Of a DNA stretch of 64,000 bases, positions 35,881 through 48,306 are shown piece after piece. Source of the DNA: Macrostomum lignano (Eukaryota); the NCBI GenBank assembly GCA_002269645.1, contig NIVC01000038.1, positions 186,001 through 250,000 of the forward strand, given 5' to 3'. A program made the position numbers and the translations under genes. The number at the start of each line of letters is the position of its first letter. Position 1 is the stretch's first letter. The notes under the pieces are model-generated. The model saw only the letters and a program-made list of their open reading frames with translations. It was not told the DNA's origin and did not search any database.

Positions 35881-38800
35881 ATTTTCGTTAGTAAAGTATC
35901 GAGATAGGTACTTTCCTGTTTCGATTCTAAATTTTGCTTCTGTAGTGGCTACTTAAACTAATGAATACAGTGTAATTACGACTCTGAAACTATATAACCT
36001 TACTCTGAGTTTCATAACCGGACTAGAGTGCCGAGTTTTCTGCTTACGAGCTCGTAAATCTCAGATTCACCTGCGACTGCACAGACACGGGATTCGCAGG
36101 TGACAGGTGTCAAAACAACATTGATGACTGCGCCAGCAAGCCCTGCGCCAACGGCCTGTGCTCAGACTTGGTGAAAGACTACAGCTGCAGCTGCTTCACA
36201 GGCTGGGAGGGCAGGAACTGCTCAGTGGACACTGACTACTGCCTGTCAGGGCCCTGTCAGAACGGCGGCGTCTGCAGTGACGGAAACTCCACGTGAGTGG
36301 CTCAAAACTGATTGAGTTTTCTTCATTGGGATAATCTTGCAGTTCTGAATTGTGCTGCAGTTTTGACTGCATGAATTCCAGAGAGTTTAGTTCTCCCTTT
36401 GTTGGGCTGATTTGATTCTTGGGATTATGTGCTTGGTGGGTTGTGATCTGGTGCTTGCTGTTGCTTGTTTGGGCTGGTGCATGGGAATATGTTTAGCTGA
36501 GTGCTTTGGATTGGGTCAATTGTGGTTGGGTGTGTCAGGGGTGAGTGCTTTGTTTTGTGTGATTGGGGATGGGTTTTACTTGAGTGCTTGGGATTGTGCT
36601 GGGGTTAAGTGCTTAGAGTTAGATTTTGGTTGGGTGCTGGAGGTTTCGTGCCTGGTGTTGATTTGTTCGGTTTGAGTCACTCTGGTTGCTTTGTAGTTAG
36701 GTACTTTGAGTTGGGTGCTTGGATTTGGGTTAGAATTGCGTTCTTGTTGAGTTAGATGCTTGGGGTTGGATAGTGGTTGTGTGCTTGAGGATGGGTTGTG
36801 ATTGAGGATGGGATGTTTTTGGGTGCTGGAGTTGGGTTCTGGTTCGGCGCTTGAATGTGTATGCTCTAGACAGGGTCTTCAGCGTTGGGTTCTTAGTGGC
36901 TGAGGTATATTAGGTTCGCTTCTATCATATATATAGTTATGGATAGGTATGTTTAGGAGCTGGAAGTTAGATTTTCGAGCGTTTGCACAGTGTCTTAAAG
37001 TCGTAACAAAGCGGATACAAAAAACCGAGCTGCCATACAACATGGCTATAATACCTCGCTTCCAAGCTGCAATCGCTGAAGGTGAAGATCTGCTTCTGCG
37101 CTACCTATACAAATGAAGAATATATTGTATAATATTGAGTAAGCAGGCACTTACACATTACATCTGTCGGACCCAGTGACCCACTGAACAGAGAGCAGAG
37201 TCGCTGCTGAATGCTCTAACGATTGGATGAAGAATTTTCATTCGAGTACTGATGGTTCAAGTATCGACGGATTTTTATTCAATAACCGGTTCTTGTTGAT
37301 CCTTCTCTAATCACTTTTACCTTGACCGCATCCAATTGCTCGAATTTAGATCTCTCATTTACAAGTTTCAACGCACCGATGTTGAAGCTGAAAAATGTAT
37401 GAATATCCTAAGAAACTGATGAAGGTTTCTAGTACTATTAAATCAAAATTACTGCTAAGCGTTTCTCACATAATTGCGATCGTTGAGTATGATAATATAA
37501 GAAACAACGCATTTGGGATACGTATTGATTTAAGTCATTGCTGGTCAGAATTACCAATATCGTTATCTCTCAGAGCAAGAAGTTTTTACATCAGTTTAAA
37601 CCACACATTTCTACGTATGTAAGCTTTGAAAACATATATTTGTTAAAATTAATTTCACTAACCAAGAACCAACAGCACAATTAAAGCATGTTTCCCAATT
37701 GTAGGCAATTCAAATATCAAAAGCCAAACTAGCGATATGAAATCAACGTCGCCATTTCAGGTTCACCTGCGACTGTTTTAGCGTCGACTTCCAAGGCGCA
37801 AAATGCAGCTCCAAGATCGATGATTGCAGGTTGAGCCCGTGCCAGCACGGCGGCAGGTGCATCGACGGCGTCAGGAGCTTCACCTGCGACTGCCTGCCCG
37901 GCTACGAGGGCCCGACCTGCTCAGTCGACATCAACGAGTGCGAGCGGTTCGGACAGCCGTGTCAGAACGGAGCCGTCTGCAAGGACCTGGTAGCGGATTA
38001 TGCCTGCACCGGCTGCCCCGCTGAGTTCGGAGGCAAAAACTGCTCCGTGCTGCTTCCGCTGCACTCGTTCGGCATAAGCGGAGTTGTATCGTCTGCGAGT
38101 TTCGCTTCTCTGCCAAATGCGTCAAGTGTGTCTGGCGGAGACTCGTGGACGATTGGGCTGAGGCTGGTGACTTTGTCTCGAGGAGCGTTTCTGCTGCTGC
38201 TGGGCGACCCGAGCGACTCGGCGACCACTCCGAGACTGCTCGCTACGGTCAGTGTCCATTCTGTTGCTCTTTAGTGGGTTGCATCAGGTCTTTTAAAGTC
38301 AATGTTCGTTTTAATATTTTCAGATCGATCACGACGGCCGTCTGTCCGCCCAATTGTTACACAGTAACGGCTCCCACATTGCAGCCTTGACATCCCCAGA
38401 CGCGGTGGCCACCGGCAGCTTCGTCTCCGTGAATATCTCTGTGTCGATATCGGGTCGCTCGCTGTCGCTGTCAGTGTCATCTTCAGTCATTTGGGCATCG
38501 CTGAGCAGTGCGAGTCCGCAGCCGCAGCTGTCAGGCCAGCTCATCATCGGCGGCTTCAGCGGCGCCAAGGCAGCCCCAGCTCCATCTTTTAATCCCAGCC
38601 GCCGATCAAAACGATCAATGGCGTCACTGCCAACTGACGTTGCTCATCTTCTTTCATCAAATATTTCTGCGTTTCGAGGCGTTATAGCTGCCCCCAGAAT
38701 CAATTCAGTTTGGCCGTTGATCCTCCAGCAAGACGATTCCAGTTGGACCGAGAGGCTTCCAGGAGCCATTTTTGCCAGCAAGTCAGTAGGAGTCGCTTTT

Positions 38801-39030
38801 ATCACTGAAGCTAAAACTATTTGCGAGACTTCGGAATCTTGTCAGAATGGCGCTACGTGTTGGAATGTTTTCTTTGTCACCTATAGGTAAGTTTAGGAAT
38901 AATAGTATGAAATTGTCATTTTTATCGTACCAGACTCACATGCGTTGCAGGTGTGAGTGCGCAGCTGGGTGGCGTGGTCCCACGTGTTCTGACAAGGATT
39001 CAAAGCAAGACGCGAATGAGACTGCCGCCT

Positions 39031-39440
39031 GTAAGTAGTGAGGCTGCCGCCTGTAAGTAGTGAGGCTGTCGCCAGTAAGTAGTGAGACTGTCGCCAGTAA
39101 GTAGTGAGGCTGCCGCCAGTAAGTAGTGAGGCTGTCGCCAGTAAGTAGTGAGGCTGTCGCCAGTAAGTAGTGAGGCTGCCGCCAGTAAGTAGTGAGGCTG
39201 CCGCCAGTAAGTAGTGAGGCTGTCGCCAGTAAGTAGTGAGGCTGTCGCCAGTAAGTAGTGAGGCTGTCGCCAGTAAGTAGTGAGGCTGTCGCCAGTAAGT
39301 AGTGAGGCTGCCGCCAGTAAGTAGTGAGGCTGCTGCCAGTAAGTAGTGAGGCTGCCGCCAGTAAGTAGTGAGGCTGCCGCCAGTAAGTAGTGAGGCTGCC
39401 GCCAGTAAGTAGTGAGGCTGCCGCCAGTAAGTAGTGAGGC
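39031..39440 (+). repeat. 22-bp splice-donor minisatellite (gene 3)
   Basis: About 18 units starting at the pre-TM donor. Confidence 0.95.
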
Positions 39441-41479
39441 GCCTCAGTCTTTGAGGTGTGAAATGCAGTCAATGCTATTGCAGTTGCAGTAATATCTGGT
39501 TTGTTGTATAACAGAATCTGCATTCACTTAAAGTGAATATCCGCACTTTCTTACCCGCTAGCCACTCACAAAAAAACCATTGCGCTGTGTATCCAAAACT
39601 CCCATCAGACAAAAGAGATGTTTCAAATTCGTTGCAAAAACTGCTGTAATTCGAAAATCTTTTGAAAGAAATATTTTTGCTCGATATTGAAGATCTGTTT
39701 TCATGTTTAAGAGGCCGAAAATGCAGATGGGTTCGAGTTTCGAATTTCGAAAAAAGAGTCCAGCACCATGTCACAAAGACCATGCCACGATGCTCACACT
39801 TCAAAATTCTCATTCATTTCAACCTTTTACCTATTAAAGGTGGCTTTCTTCCCACCTGGGCAACTGCAGCCATTTCTTTGGCAACCTTCATATTTGGAGT
39901 TCTTCTGTCAGTTTCCGTGTTTCTCCTGCTGCTCAACCGGCATCGGAACGTGAGTCCCTGCTCGGCCAGTTCCTTCAACAAATCCTATATACTATGTCTA
40001 ATTGTCATCATAAATATGAATTTCAGGGCAAACTGTCACTTGGATACTTCGAGAGACAGGTATTCACTCCATTACTAAAGGAATGGTGCCAATTATTTAG
40101 TGATTAAATTCCATTGCTTCACCTTTCAGGCCCCCGTTTTGGAGACTGCGAAAAGAAGAAGTGCAGCGAAAGTTTTGAGCGATCTGAAAAACCGGCTGAC
40201 TTCGCGCTGTGAGCACACCTACCTGATATCCGACAGGCATCCGGTGAGACCTCTGTTCAGATGCAGTCATGCTGATGGGGCCTCATCGCTGCTGTCTCAT
40301 GTTAGAAATATTGTAACAGTATAGGTTTCATTGGCAACGTTAATGAGGTCATTGAGGTATGAGATAAATAGGTAAATAGAGAGACTTACTATCTATACTC
40401 AGCAACATTGAAAAGTTTCCACCCTAGCGTGCGAAGGGTCAACGTGGATTTTAGAATCCTGTAAGCTGCTGCTGTCTGCTCCATGTGACTGTTTTCTTCG
40501 GCGTCTATGACCCAAGTTTTTGTCAATGGCACAAATGCGTGTTGACGAAATCATCAATCGTCTATGGCACAAGTCTGGCGACTCAAACCAGTTTTGAAAC
40601 TCTAAATATACACTTTTCACTGTTGCATTCAGTAAAAAAATACATTGAATTTTTAGCAAATCTCTACCGTCGAAAGGTACGAAATGGCTCCATACGATGT
40701 GATCAACGATGCGGAGACAAAGCCAGATGAAGTCCCGCCTGAGCAGGTTTGCTACTCGCAATCTGTTTGCTTAACTGAAAGAGTTGCGCTGAGCAAACTG
40801 TGAGCAGCAATTCCTGCTTCAACCCGCTGTAGGAAGTCGAACCTGCGGCCGGCTCCAATCGGTTTAACAGCGAGCTGTCATCAGCCTACGATGTGATCCC
40901 GGACCTGACAGCGGGCCAAAAGCAGCAGAGGCAGAAAGCTGATCAGCAGCTCAGCAATAATCAACCAGATGAGTACTGCTGATCTGCTGAGGGCGAGCTG
41001 TCAAGTATGGTGTTGTTGCAGCATGATTATTTAACTTTTAAACTGGCAAACTTTTTAGCCATTTTTAGGGTTCCATACTTTAGTAAAATAATTATTATTC
41101 TGTACAAAACACTTTGCTGATTGTCTTTTTGAGCCAGCTTATGTTACTGATACTGCAGATCTCGCTGACATGGCGGCTTCCATCCTAAATACTAAAAATG
41201 AGTTGTCTGTAAATCTATATGAGAATGTGATTGATTGCAGATAAAACGGCTCAACCGATATTATTGAAACTTATATTCTCAGCGCTTCCGTTGATGAGTT
41301 TATTGCACTGTTAATTATCCTTTTAAAGCTTTTGCACAACGTTTAATGTTCAATTTATAAATTTTATTGAGGTAACTTATGTTTAAGATGTATCGTGGTT
41401 TTCAGGTCGGTATTTGTTCGGCTCAAGGGATTTAGAGTGAAATACCGACCGTAAAAACCATGATATATCTATTTTAAAC

Positions 41480-43020
41480 ACGCCGGAAGGAGCCAAACGA
41501 GACAAAGTCAGTTGCGAAAAGCAGGCAGCGGCCGAGAAAGCGGATCCCAACCCCAATGAAGGGGAAGGGAAGGAGTAAAAGCGGGAAGGCAGTCAGGTGG
41601 ACGCAGCCTGCAGCTGCGAAGCCATGAAAGAAGCAGAGCGCTGGCGGCGTGACAGGGTAGAGCTGGCAGAAAAGTAGCGGAGAACAGCGTCCAATCTCCA
41701 GCCCCCAAGGGCCCGAACGTCCGAATCTGACAAGCCGATTTGATGGCAGAAGCTGGCACCACCAGACAGAAGAGTGGCGCCCTTGGGTCGCTGGCTGGTG
41801 ACAGGTGCAGGTGAGACCGCAGGGCGCGCACTGGGCAGAGCGGTGACTCTTGAACAGGTGGCAGAAGAACGACATGCGGCGTCGACCCGAACTGGTTGGT
41901 CTTGGACTTAGGGAGTGCCAACTTCCAGCAGCCAGATGAAGCCGATAAGCAGGCCCGTGAGACAGAGCGGCTGTTGCGAGTCGATAGGAAGTCGCCAAGG
42001 CGCAACATGCCCCACCAGCCCACCAGAAGAGCCGCCCAGAAGGCGGCCCTGAGATCTGCGCTTGAGATGGAGCGCGGGAGCTGTTGATGGATGCTCTTGA
42101 GGTGCCCGATGGTCAGCGGCTTTGCCTGTTTGCATCACAGGCCCAGATGACGTTTGGCGCCGCGGAGGGCCAGCTGCACGGTGAAGTCTTTCGCTGGGTC
42201 AGCGGCGCCGGTGGCTTGGTGCAGAAAAGAGACGGTATGGACGTAGGATCGGAGGCTGGGGAAGGACCGGAGCCGGGTGCTTACCAGGTGCGCGATGTAG
42301 CGGCAGAGCAGGTCACCGTCAGCTGGAGATGAAGGGCAACCTGTGCCAAAACAGAAGGCTTCCCAGGAGCGCAGCTAGCTGAGTTAGGATCGCCAGGAGT
42401 TCTCCGCCAGGCTGAGGTGGCACAGGTGTCCGGCGGACACAGCGCGGGGGGCGGGCGGCGTCTCCGGAGGGCGAGGGCGACCTGCAAAAGGAGGCGAGAT
42501 TGGGAAGCGGCAGAGAGCGCGTGGACGCGAACTCAAGCGGGCAGATCACGAGCGTACGGTAGTAGCGGCAGCAAAAGTTAATGAGCTCAGACTGCGAGGC
42601 AAACATGCGGGAGGCGGCATCAGCAAAAATCTGCATGCGACCAGGAAGGTGAAAGGCCTCCAAACTGATGCTGTTCCTGATGCACAGCAGAGCCAGAGTC
42701 ACAGAAATGGCTGCGGAGACAAGCCGGGCCGGGTGCAGAGGCTATAAGCTGGCCGGCGCGGCCAACACCCCACACCTCAACCCCCCGCCAAAGTACATCG
42801 ATATGTACAGCGGCACCCCCGGCCCGTCTAACACACCTTACTCAGAGAGTAACGATTGCATTAAACTACTTTTATTTCCGGAATGTTTTCGCATGAATCC
42901 CGGAACCCATACCCCCATCAAGTTTGAAGTCCATTTTCGTATATGGCTGCGATGCTCTTAGAATTCTTAATACGCTGCCAGTGAGAGGCCTTGGCTGCGC
43001 CTATGGGCCTAAAAGCCATA
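41480..43020 (-). mobile_element. DIRS/Ngaro-type tyrosine-recombinase retrotransposon fragment
   Basis: Minus-strand LEAFHLPGRMQIFADAASR (RNase H end), then YR motifs GMLRLGDFL, KSKTNQFG, CPVRAL and GDW..DAVLRYF across a deletion; stops and frameshifts present. Right boundary uncertain. Confidence 0.75.
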
Positions 43021-43929
43021 TGTGTTCCCTACTACCAAGACTTTCTTATTAATAAAGGAACAATCACTTCTAGCTACCGCTAGGCAACCCAGTAATCAAT
43101 TAAGGTTATCGCCGACCTTGAAGGCGTTGACTTCTCGTGAGTTGTTCTCCGGAACATCTTGCCTTCAGTTAGTGCAGGCGCCTGACTTCTGTAGTTCCGG
43201 TCCAAGTTGCTTTTATCTGTCTCGAATCGTCTTCGGCCGGTATCTGTATTTTGGTCCAATAGGAAGCTTAGAATCAACAATGGGGATCCCTGCGCTGCGC
43301 TTTGGTTTTAAATAAGCCTTCTTCTAGCAGTGGATTAATCCACTCTAGGTATAGCTCCGGTAATCACTGATAGTCTACTCGAAGCTATCAGGGTAGTCCT
43401 TCTGGAGACTACTACCAATGCAGTCTCAAATAGACTCAGTCAAAATGTCACTCTTGAGTCCACAAAACAACTGGCGCAAATGAGTAAGGCTTACCGCATA
43501 TAACTCAACCGAGTCTTGGTCAACTTGGTCTGAAGGAAGCCTCTTGACGGCTTCCTCTTCGGAGCTCTTCTTCTCTCTGGAAGGATTTCTTGTGGCTCCG
43601 GTCCGCTTCGGACCACTTGGGCAATTTTTGTGAAATATAAAAAGCAACATGATGAATCATCTTTTCGGTATAAATAGTAACATGACTCTTCTTTGCGTTA
43701 TAAATAGTAACATGCTTCATAGTTTTTGTTAAAAATAGTGACTTGATTCACAGTTTAAGTTTTGCTGCGCATGTTTGCATTAGTCTACTGACAGTAGCAT
43801 TTTATGGATAATGATACTCTACGTATAGACTATGGGCCATCGCTAAAAAGTGATAAAAAGCGTTCCAACCTCATTCCAAACTCATCCTAACAGACTCAAA
43901 ATAGTTCTCTGACTCGATTGCTCAGTTGG

Positions 43930-44157
43930 AGCAACATTTCATTCTGAACCCGCTGGTAGACTATAGCATCGATTATGGAAAGAACTGACCACCACAGTCT
44001 CAGTGCCCTGCGTAACTACAAGAGGACCTCGGACATCCAAATCGCAAACTGCAGTGCCATCATCGATGGCAAGGAGGTTGCAAACATCATGGAGCGGACA
44101 GGCCAGACTACCGTGAACTTTAACTTCAAGGACTGCACTGTCACCATCAATAATTAG
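43930..44157 (+). mobile_element. Crypton-like tyrosine recombinase C-terminal fragment
   Basis: MERTDHHSLSALRNYKRTSDIQ...NFNFKDCTVTINN* resembles the IMERTGHRS...YKR box and C-terminus of Crypton/DUF3504 proteins. Confidence 0.6.
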
Positions 44158-44534
44158 CAGACAAGCCTCCTACGCAACTTCGCTCGCTGACACTTTTACA
44201 CCCCAGACTGAAACTTAATTTATTGCTGACTCCCATCCCCAGTCCTGTTGACTCCAGTCCTCTATAACCCTAAGCTGACGCTTGCTTTGTTTTATCGCTT
44301 TGTCTATGATTCAGACTTGTTTGGCATTGACTTAACCAATAAATCCCGAAAATGCTATACGATTGAAAATAATAACGTCCCGCAAAGTGACTTGCGGTTT
44401 CAATACCTACCAGAAAAAGACCTTGAAAGTGGTTTAAGTAATTTAACTTCTTATAACTAAATTTAGCAAAGACTCCAAAACTATAAATTTATTCTGCTTT
44501 CAAACATAGTTTAAATATTACTCATAGGCGTGGC

Positions 44535-45975
44535 GTTTTTTGGGGGGTTATTGGCGCCAAAACTGTAGTGAGAGGGGCGCCAAACCTTCAGTGAGAGTGG
44601 CGCCAAACCTGTAGTGAGAGGGGCGCCAAACCTCCTGTGAGAGTGGCGCCAAACCTTCTGTAAGTGGGGCGCCAAACCTGCAGTGAGAGGGGCGCCAAAT
44701 CTGCAGTGAGAGGGGCGCCAAACCTGCCGTGAGAGGGGCGCGAAACCTGCTGTGAGAGGGGCGCCAAACCTTCTGTAAGTGGGGCGCCAAACCTGCTGTG
44801 AGAGGGGCGCCAAACCTGTAGTGAGAGGGGCGCCAAACCTGCTGTGAGAGTGGCGCCAAACCTGCTGTGACAGGGGCGCCAAACCTCCTGTGAGAGGGGC
44901 GCCAAACCTTCTGTAAGTGGGGCGCCAAACCTGCTGTGAGAGGGGCGCCAAACCTGCCGTGAGAGGGGCTCCAAACCTGCCGTGAGAGGGGCGCGAAACC
45001 TGCTGTGACAGGGGCGCCAAACCTGCTGTGAGAGGGGCGCAAAACCTGCTGTGAGAGGGACGCCAAACCTGCAGTGAGAGGGGCGCCAAACCTGCAGTGA
45101 GGGGCGCCAAACCTGCCGTGACAGGGGCGCCAAACCTGCCGTGAGGGGCGCCAAACCTACAGTGAGTGAGGCGTCAAAACTGTAGTGAGAGGGCGCCAAA
45201 ACTGTAGTGAGAGGGGCGCCAAACCTGTAGTGAGAGGGGCGCCAAACCTGTAGTGGGAGGGGCGCCAAACCTGTAGTGAGAGGGGCGCCAAAACTGTAGT
45301 GAGAGGGGCGCCAAAACTGTAGTGAGAGGGGCGCCAAACCTGCTGTGAGAGGGGCGCCAAACCTGTAGTGAGAGGGGCGCCAAACCTGCTGTGAGAGGGG
45401 CGCCAAACCTGTAGTGAGAGGGGCACCAAACCTACAGTGAGAGGGGCGCCAAACCTGCAGTGAGAGGGGCGCCAAACCTGGAGTATGAGCGGCGCCAAAA
45501 CTTTAGTGACGGGGGGCGCCAAACCTGCTGTGAGAGGGATGCGAAACCTACAGTGAGTGAGGCGCCAAAAATGTAGTTAGAGGGGCGCCAAAACTGTAGT
45601 GAGAGGGGCGCCAAACCTGCAGTGAGAGGGGCGCCAAACCTGTAGTGAGAGGGGCGCCAAACCTGTAGTGAGAGGGGCACCAAACCTACAGTGAGAGGGG
45701 CGCCAAACCTGCAGTGAGAGGGGCGCCAAACCTGGAGTATGAGCGGCGCCAAAACTTTAGTGACGGGGGGCGCCAAACCTGCTGTGAGAGGGGTGCGAAA
45801 CCTACAGTGAGAGGGGTGCCAAAGCTGTAGTGAGAGGGGCGCCAAACCTGCAGTGAGAGGGGCGCCAAATCTGCAGTGAGAGGGGCGCTAAATCTGCAGT
45901 GAGAGGGGCGCCAAATCTGCAGTGAGAGGGGCGCCAAATCTGCAGTGAGAGGGGCGCCAAATCTGCAGTGAGAGA
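44535..45975. repeat. 23-bp minisatellite GGGGCGCCAAACCTGCAGTGAGA
   Basis: About 60 imperfect units, period 23. Confidence 0.95.
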
Positions 45976-45976
45976 G

Positions 45977-46040
45977 TTGCCATAGTGGAGTTGCCATAGT
46001 GGGGTTGCCATAGTGGGGTTGCCATAGTGGGGTTGCCATC
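45977..46040. repeat. 14-bp repeat GTTGCCATAGTGGG x ~4.5
   Basis: Direct tandem units abutting the 23-bp array. Confidence 0.9.
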
Positions 46041-47052
46041 GTGAAGGCACCATTCCAACCCATTCGATAAGTTAAGATTAAATGGCCTTGGTTACGCACC
46101 AGTTATGCACTAGCATTGGAAATAGTTGCATTAGTCACGGATCATAGCTAGAATGCAAGGCCGATTTGCATCACCTGAATATGCAAAGTTTAGAAAAGTA
46201 CAGCTTAAATAATCTACCCCAAAACAGCTGCAGTGTACCAAATGCTTGAGTCTCGTTTTGGTAGACAATGCAGCCACTTCGTCTCATTTCTTAATTCTTC
46301 TGCTCAGCCTTGCCACAAAAACTGTTTAGCTGGGTGGAAATTAGCTGTCAGATTGTCAAAATTCAGTACATACGAAGTTCTCCATTTTCTGTCTTTTTGA
46401 ATATATGTATTAAGAGCAGAATTTGGATAACTGTACGTGTCGCAGACAGCACTAAACTTCTCAGCTATTTATTTACTATAAATAGAAACACATCAGCGAC
46501 TGCGATGCTGTGCTCTGCATTCTAATTCTCTAATAAAGCTTACCGAGAGTTCGAGCTGTGTACTACGAAAGCCCTAGTTAACTGCTGGAGGGGAAGCAGT
46601 CTACCGTTACTAATACCTGCATACAAAGTGCTGCTTCATCGCCAACGGTATCAACACTATTTATTAGAAAATTTCCGGGATTGACGTTACTGCGTGTAAG
46701 TGGCACCTGTGATTGTACAAGATGCATGCAATGCTAACTGGACCTTATGGCTGCATATTTTTGAGAGCATGGCTTAGCATATAACTTTTCAATAGTTTTA
46801 TCGCTATTTTCTATGGAACAATTTTTTTCATCGAAAATTGCTCATAAACCTTCGGATTGTAATAACAGCAGCAGCTTGAAATCCAAGAGCTTGCACACCC
46901 CACTACACACTCACTGCTCAAACCACATGAACACTCAAGAACAATTGATATCTCAGAACTTGAACAATATAACAAGGTTAACATCTTAACTTGCAACTGA
47001 ACAAATTGTTTATTTTTTAAATTTTCAGTTGACGAATCATCTTTAACTGCCA

Positions 47053-48255
47053 ATGCCAATGTTGTCTTGGCGATTTTTGCAGCACCTGCTATTGCTGACT
47101 GTTGCATATCAGTCTGGTGCTGTATCAGTCTCGAGTGAGTTGTCAGATGGTGAGCACTTTCCAAATTATGAACTCGTGTGAAAGTAAAAAAGTAAAAAAG
47201 GAAGCTTTTCGGAGCCTTCGATAAAGTAGGGGCGGGGGGCCGTGGCCCCAGTCGTCCCCAGTAATAATGGAGCTTATCCAAAAGCAAAACATCAGCTCAT
47301 CTTTTGCTACCAGTATTTCTCAGACGTGGCATTCTAGGAGACAGCGACAGGGGTAGAGGCGCCCAAAAAGAGACAGGGGCGCCCGACAAGAGACAGGGGC
47401 GCCCGACAAGAGACAGGGGCGCCCGACAAGAGACAGGGGCGCCCGACAAGAGACAGGGGCGCCCGACAAGAGACAGGGGCGCCCGACAAGAGAAAGGGGC
47501 GCCCAACAAGAGACAGGGGCGCCCGACAAGAGACAGGGGCGCCCAACAAGAGACAGGGGCGCCCAACAAGAGACAGGGGCGCCCAACAAGAGACAGGGGC
47601 GCCCAACAAGAGACAGGGGCGCCCAACAAGAGACAGGGGCGCCCAACAAGAGACAGGGGCGCCCAACAAGAGACAGGGGCGCCCAACAAGAGACAGGGGC
47701 GCCCAACAAGAGACAGGGGCTCCCAACAAGAGACAAGGGTGCCGGAGAAGAGACAGGGGCGCCCAACAAGAGACAGGGGCGCCCGACAAGAGACAGGGGC
47801 GCCAGCCAAGTCCGCAATGCAAATATTGGCGTCCCTTGGGCTTGCTTTCATCTATATCTCGAGCGAATAAATGTGCAAAAACTTTAATAGACTCCAATTT
47901 CATCAAAAAGTTCGAATTGACAGAAACTTGTTTTAGACTAAGGTAATGATTCAGGAAATTGTAAATGTTAGACTGACTTGAGTGAGTGGGTGACTGACTG
48001 ACTGACTGACTGACTGACTGACTGACTGACTGACTGACTGACTGACTGACTGACTGACTGACTGACTGACTGACTGACTGACTGACTGACTGACTGAATG
48101 ACTGACTGACTGACTGACTGACTGACTGACTGACTGACTGACTGACTGACTGACTGACTGACTGACTGACTGACTGACTGACTGACTGACTGACTGACTG
48201 ACTGACTGACTGACTGACTGACTGACTGACTGACTGACTGACTGACTGACTGACT

Positions 48256-48306
<51 letters not shown>

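Larger units (their letters stand above)
33714..40982 (+). pseudogene. Gene 3: shortened Crumbs-like receptor paralog (8 EGF, 1 LamG, EGF, TM, tail) with lesions in exon 2
   Basis: Exons 33714-33810, 33877-34142, 35276-35468, 36065-36292, 37761-38247, 38324-38886, 38951-39030, 39840-39949, 40027-40059, 40130-40243, 40657-40746, 40833-40982. 1-nt deletion near 33902 and TGG-to-TGA at 33959-33961; remaining exons open. Confidence 0.75.

Noticed and set aside
37416-37422. Hammerhead core CTGATGA
   Set aside because: No stem II followed by GAAA and no closing stems.
7165-45975. CRISPR-like appearance of the 22-, 23- and 44-bp repeats
   Set aside because: Units are contiguous without unique spacers, there are no cas genes, and the DNA is eukaryotic.
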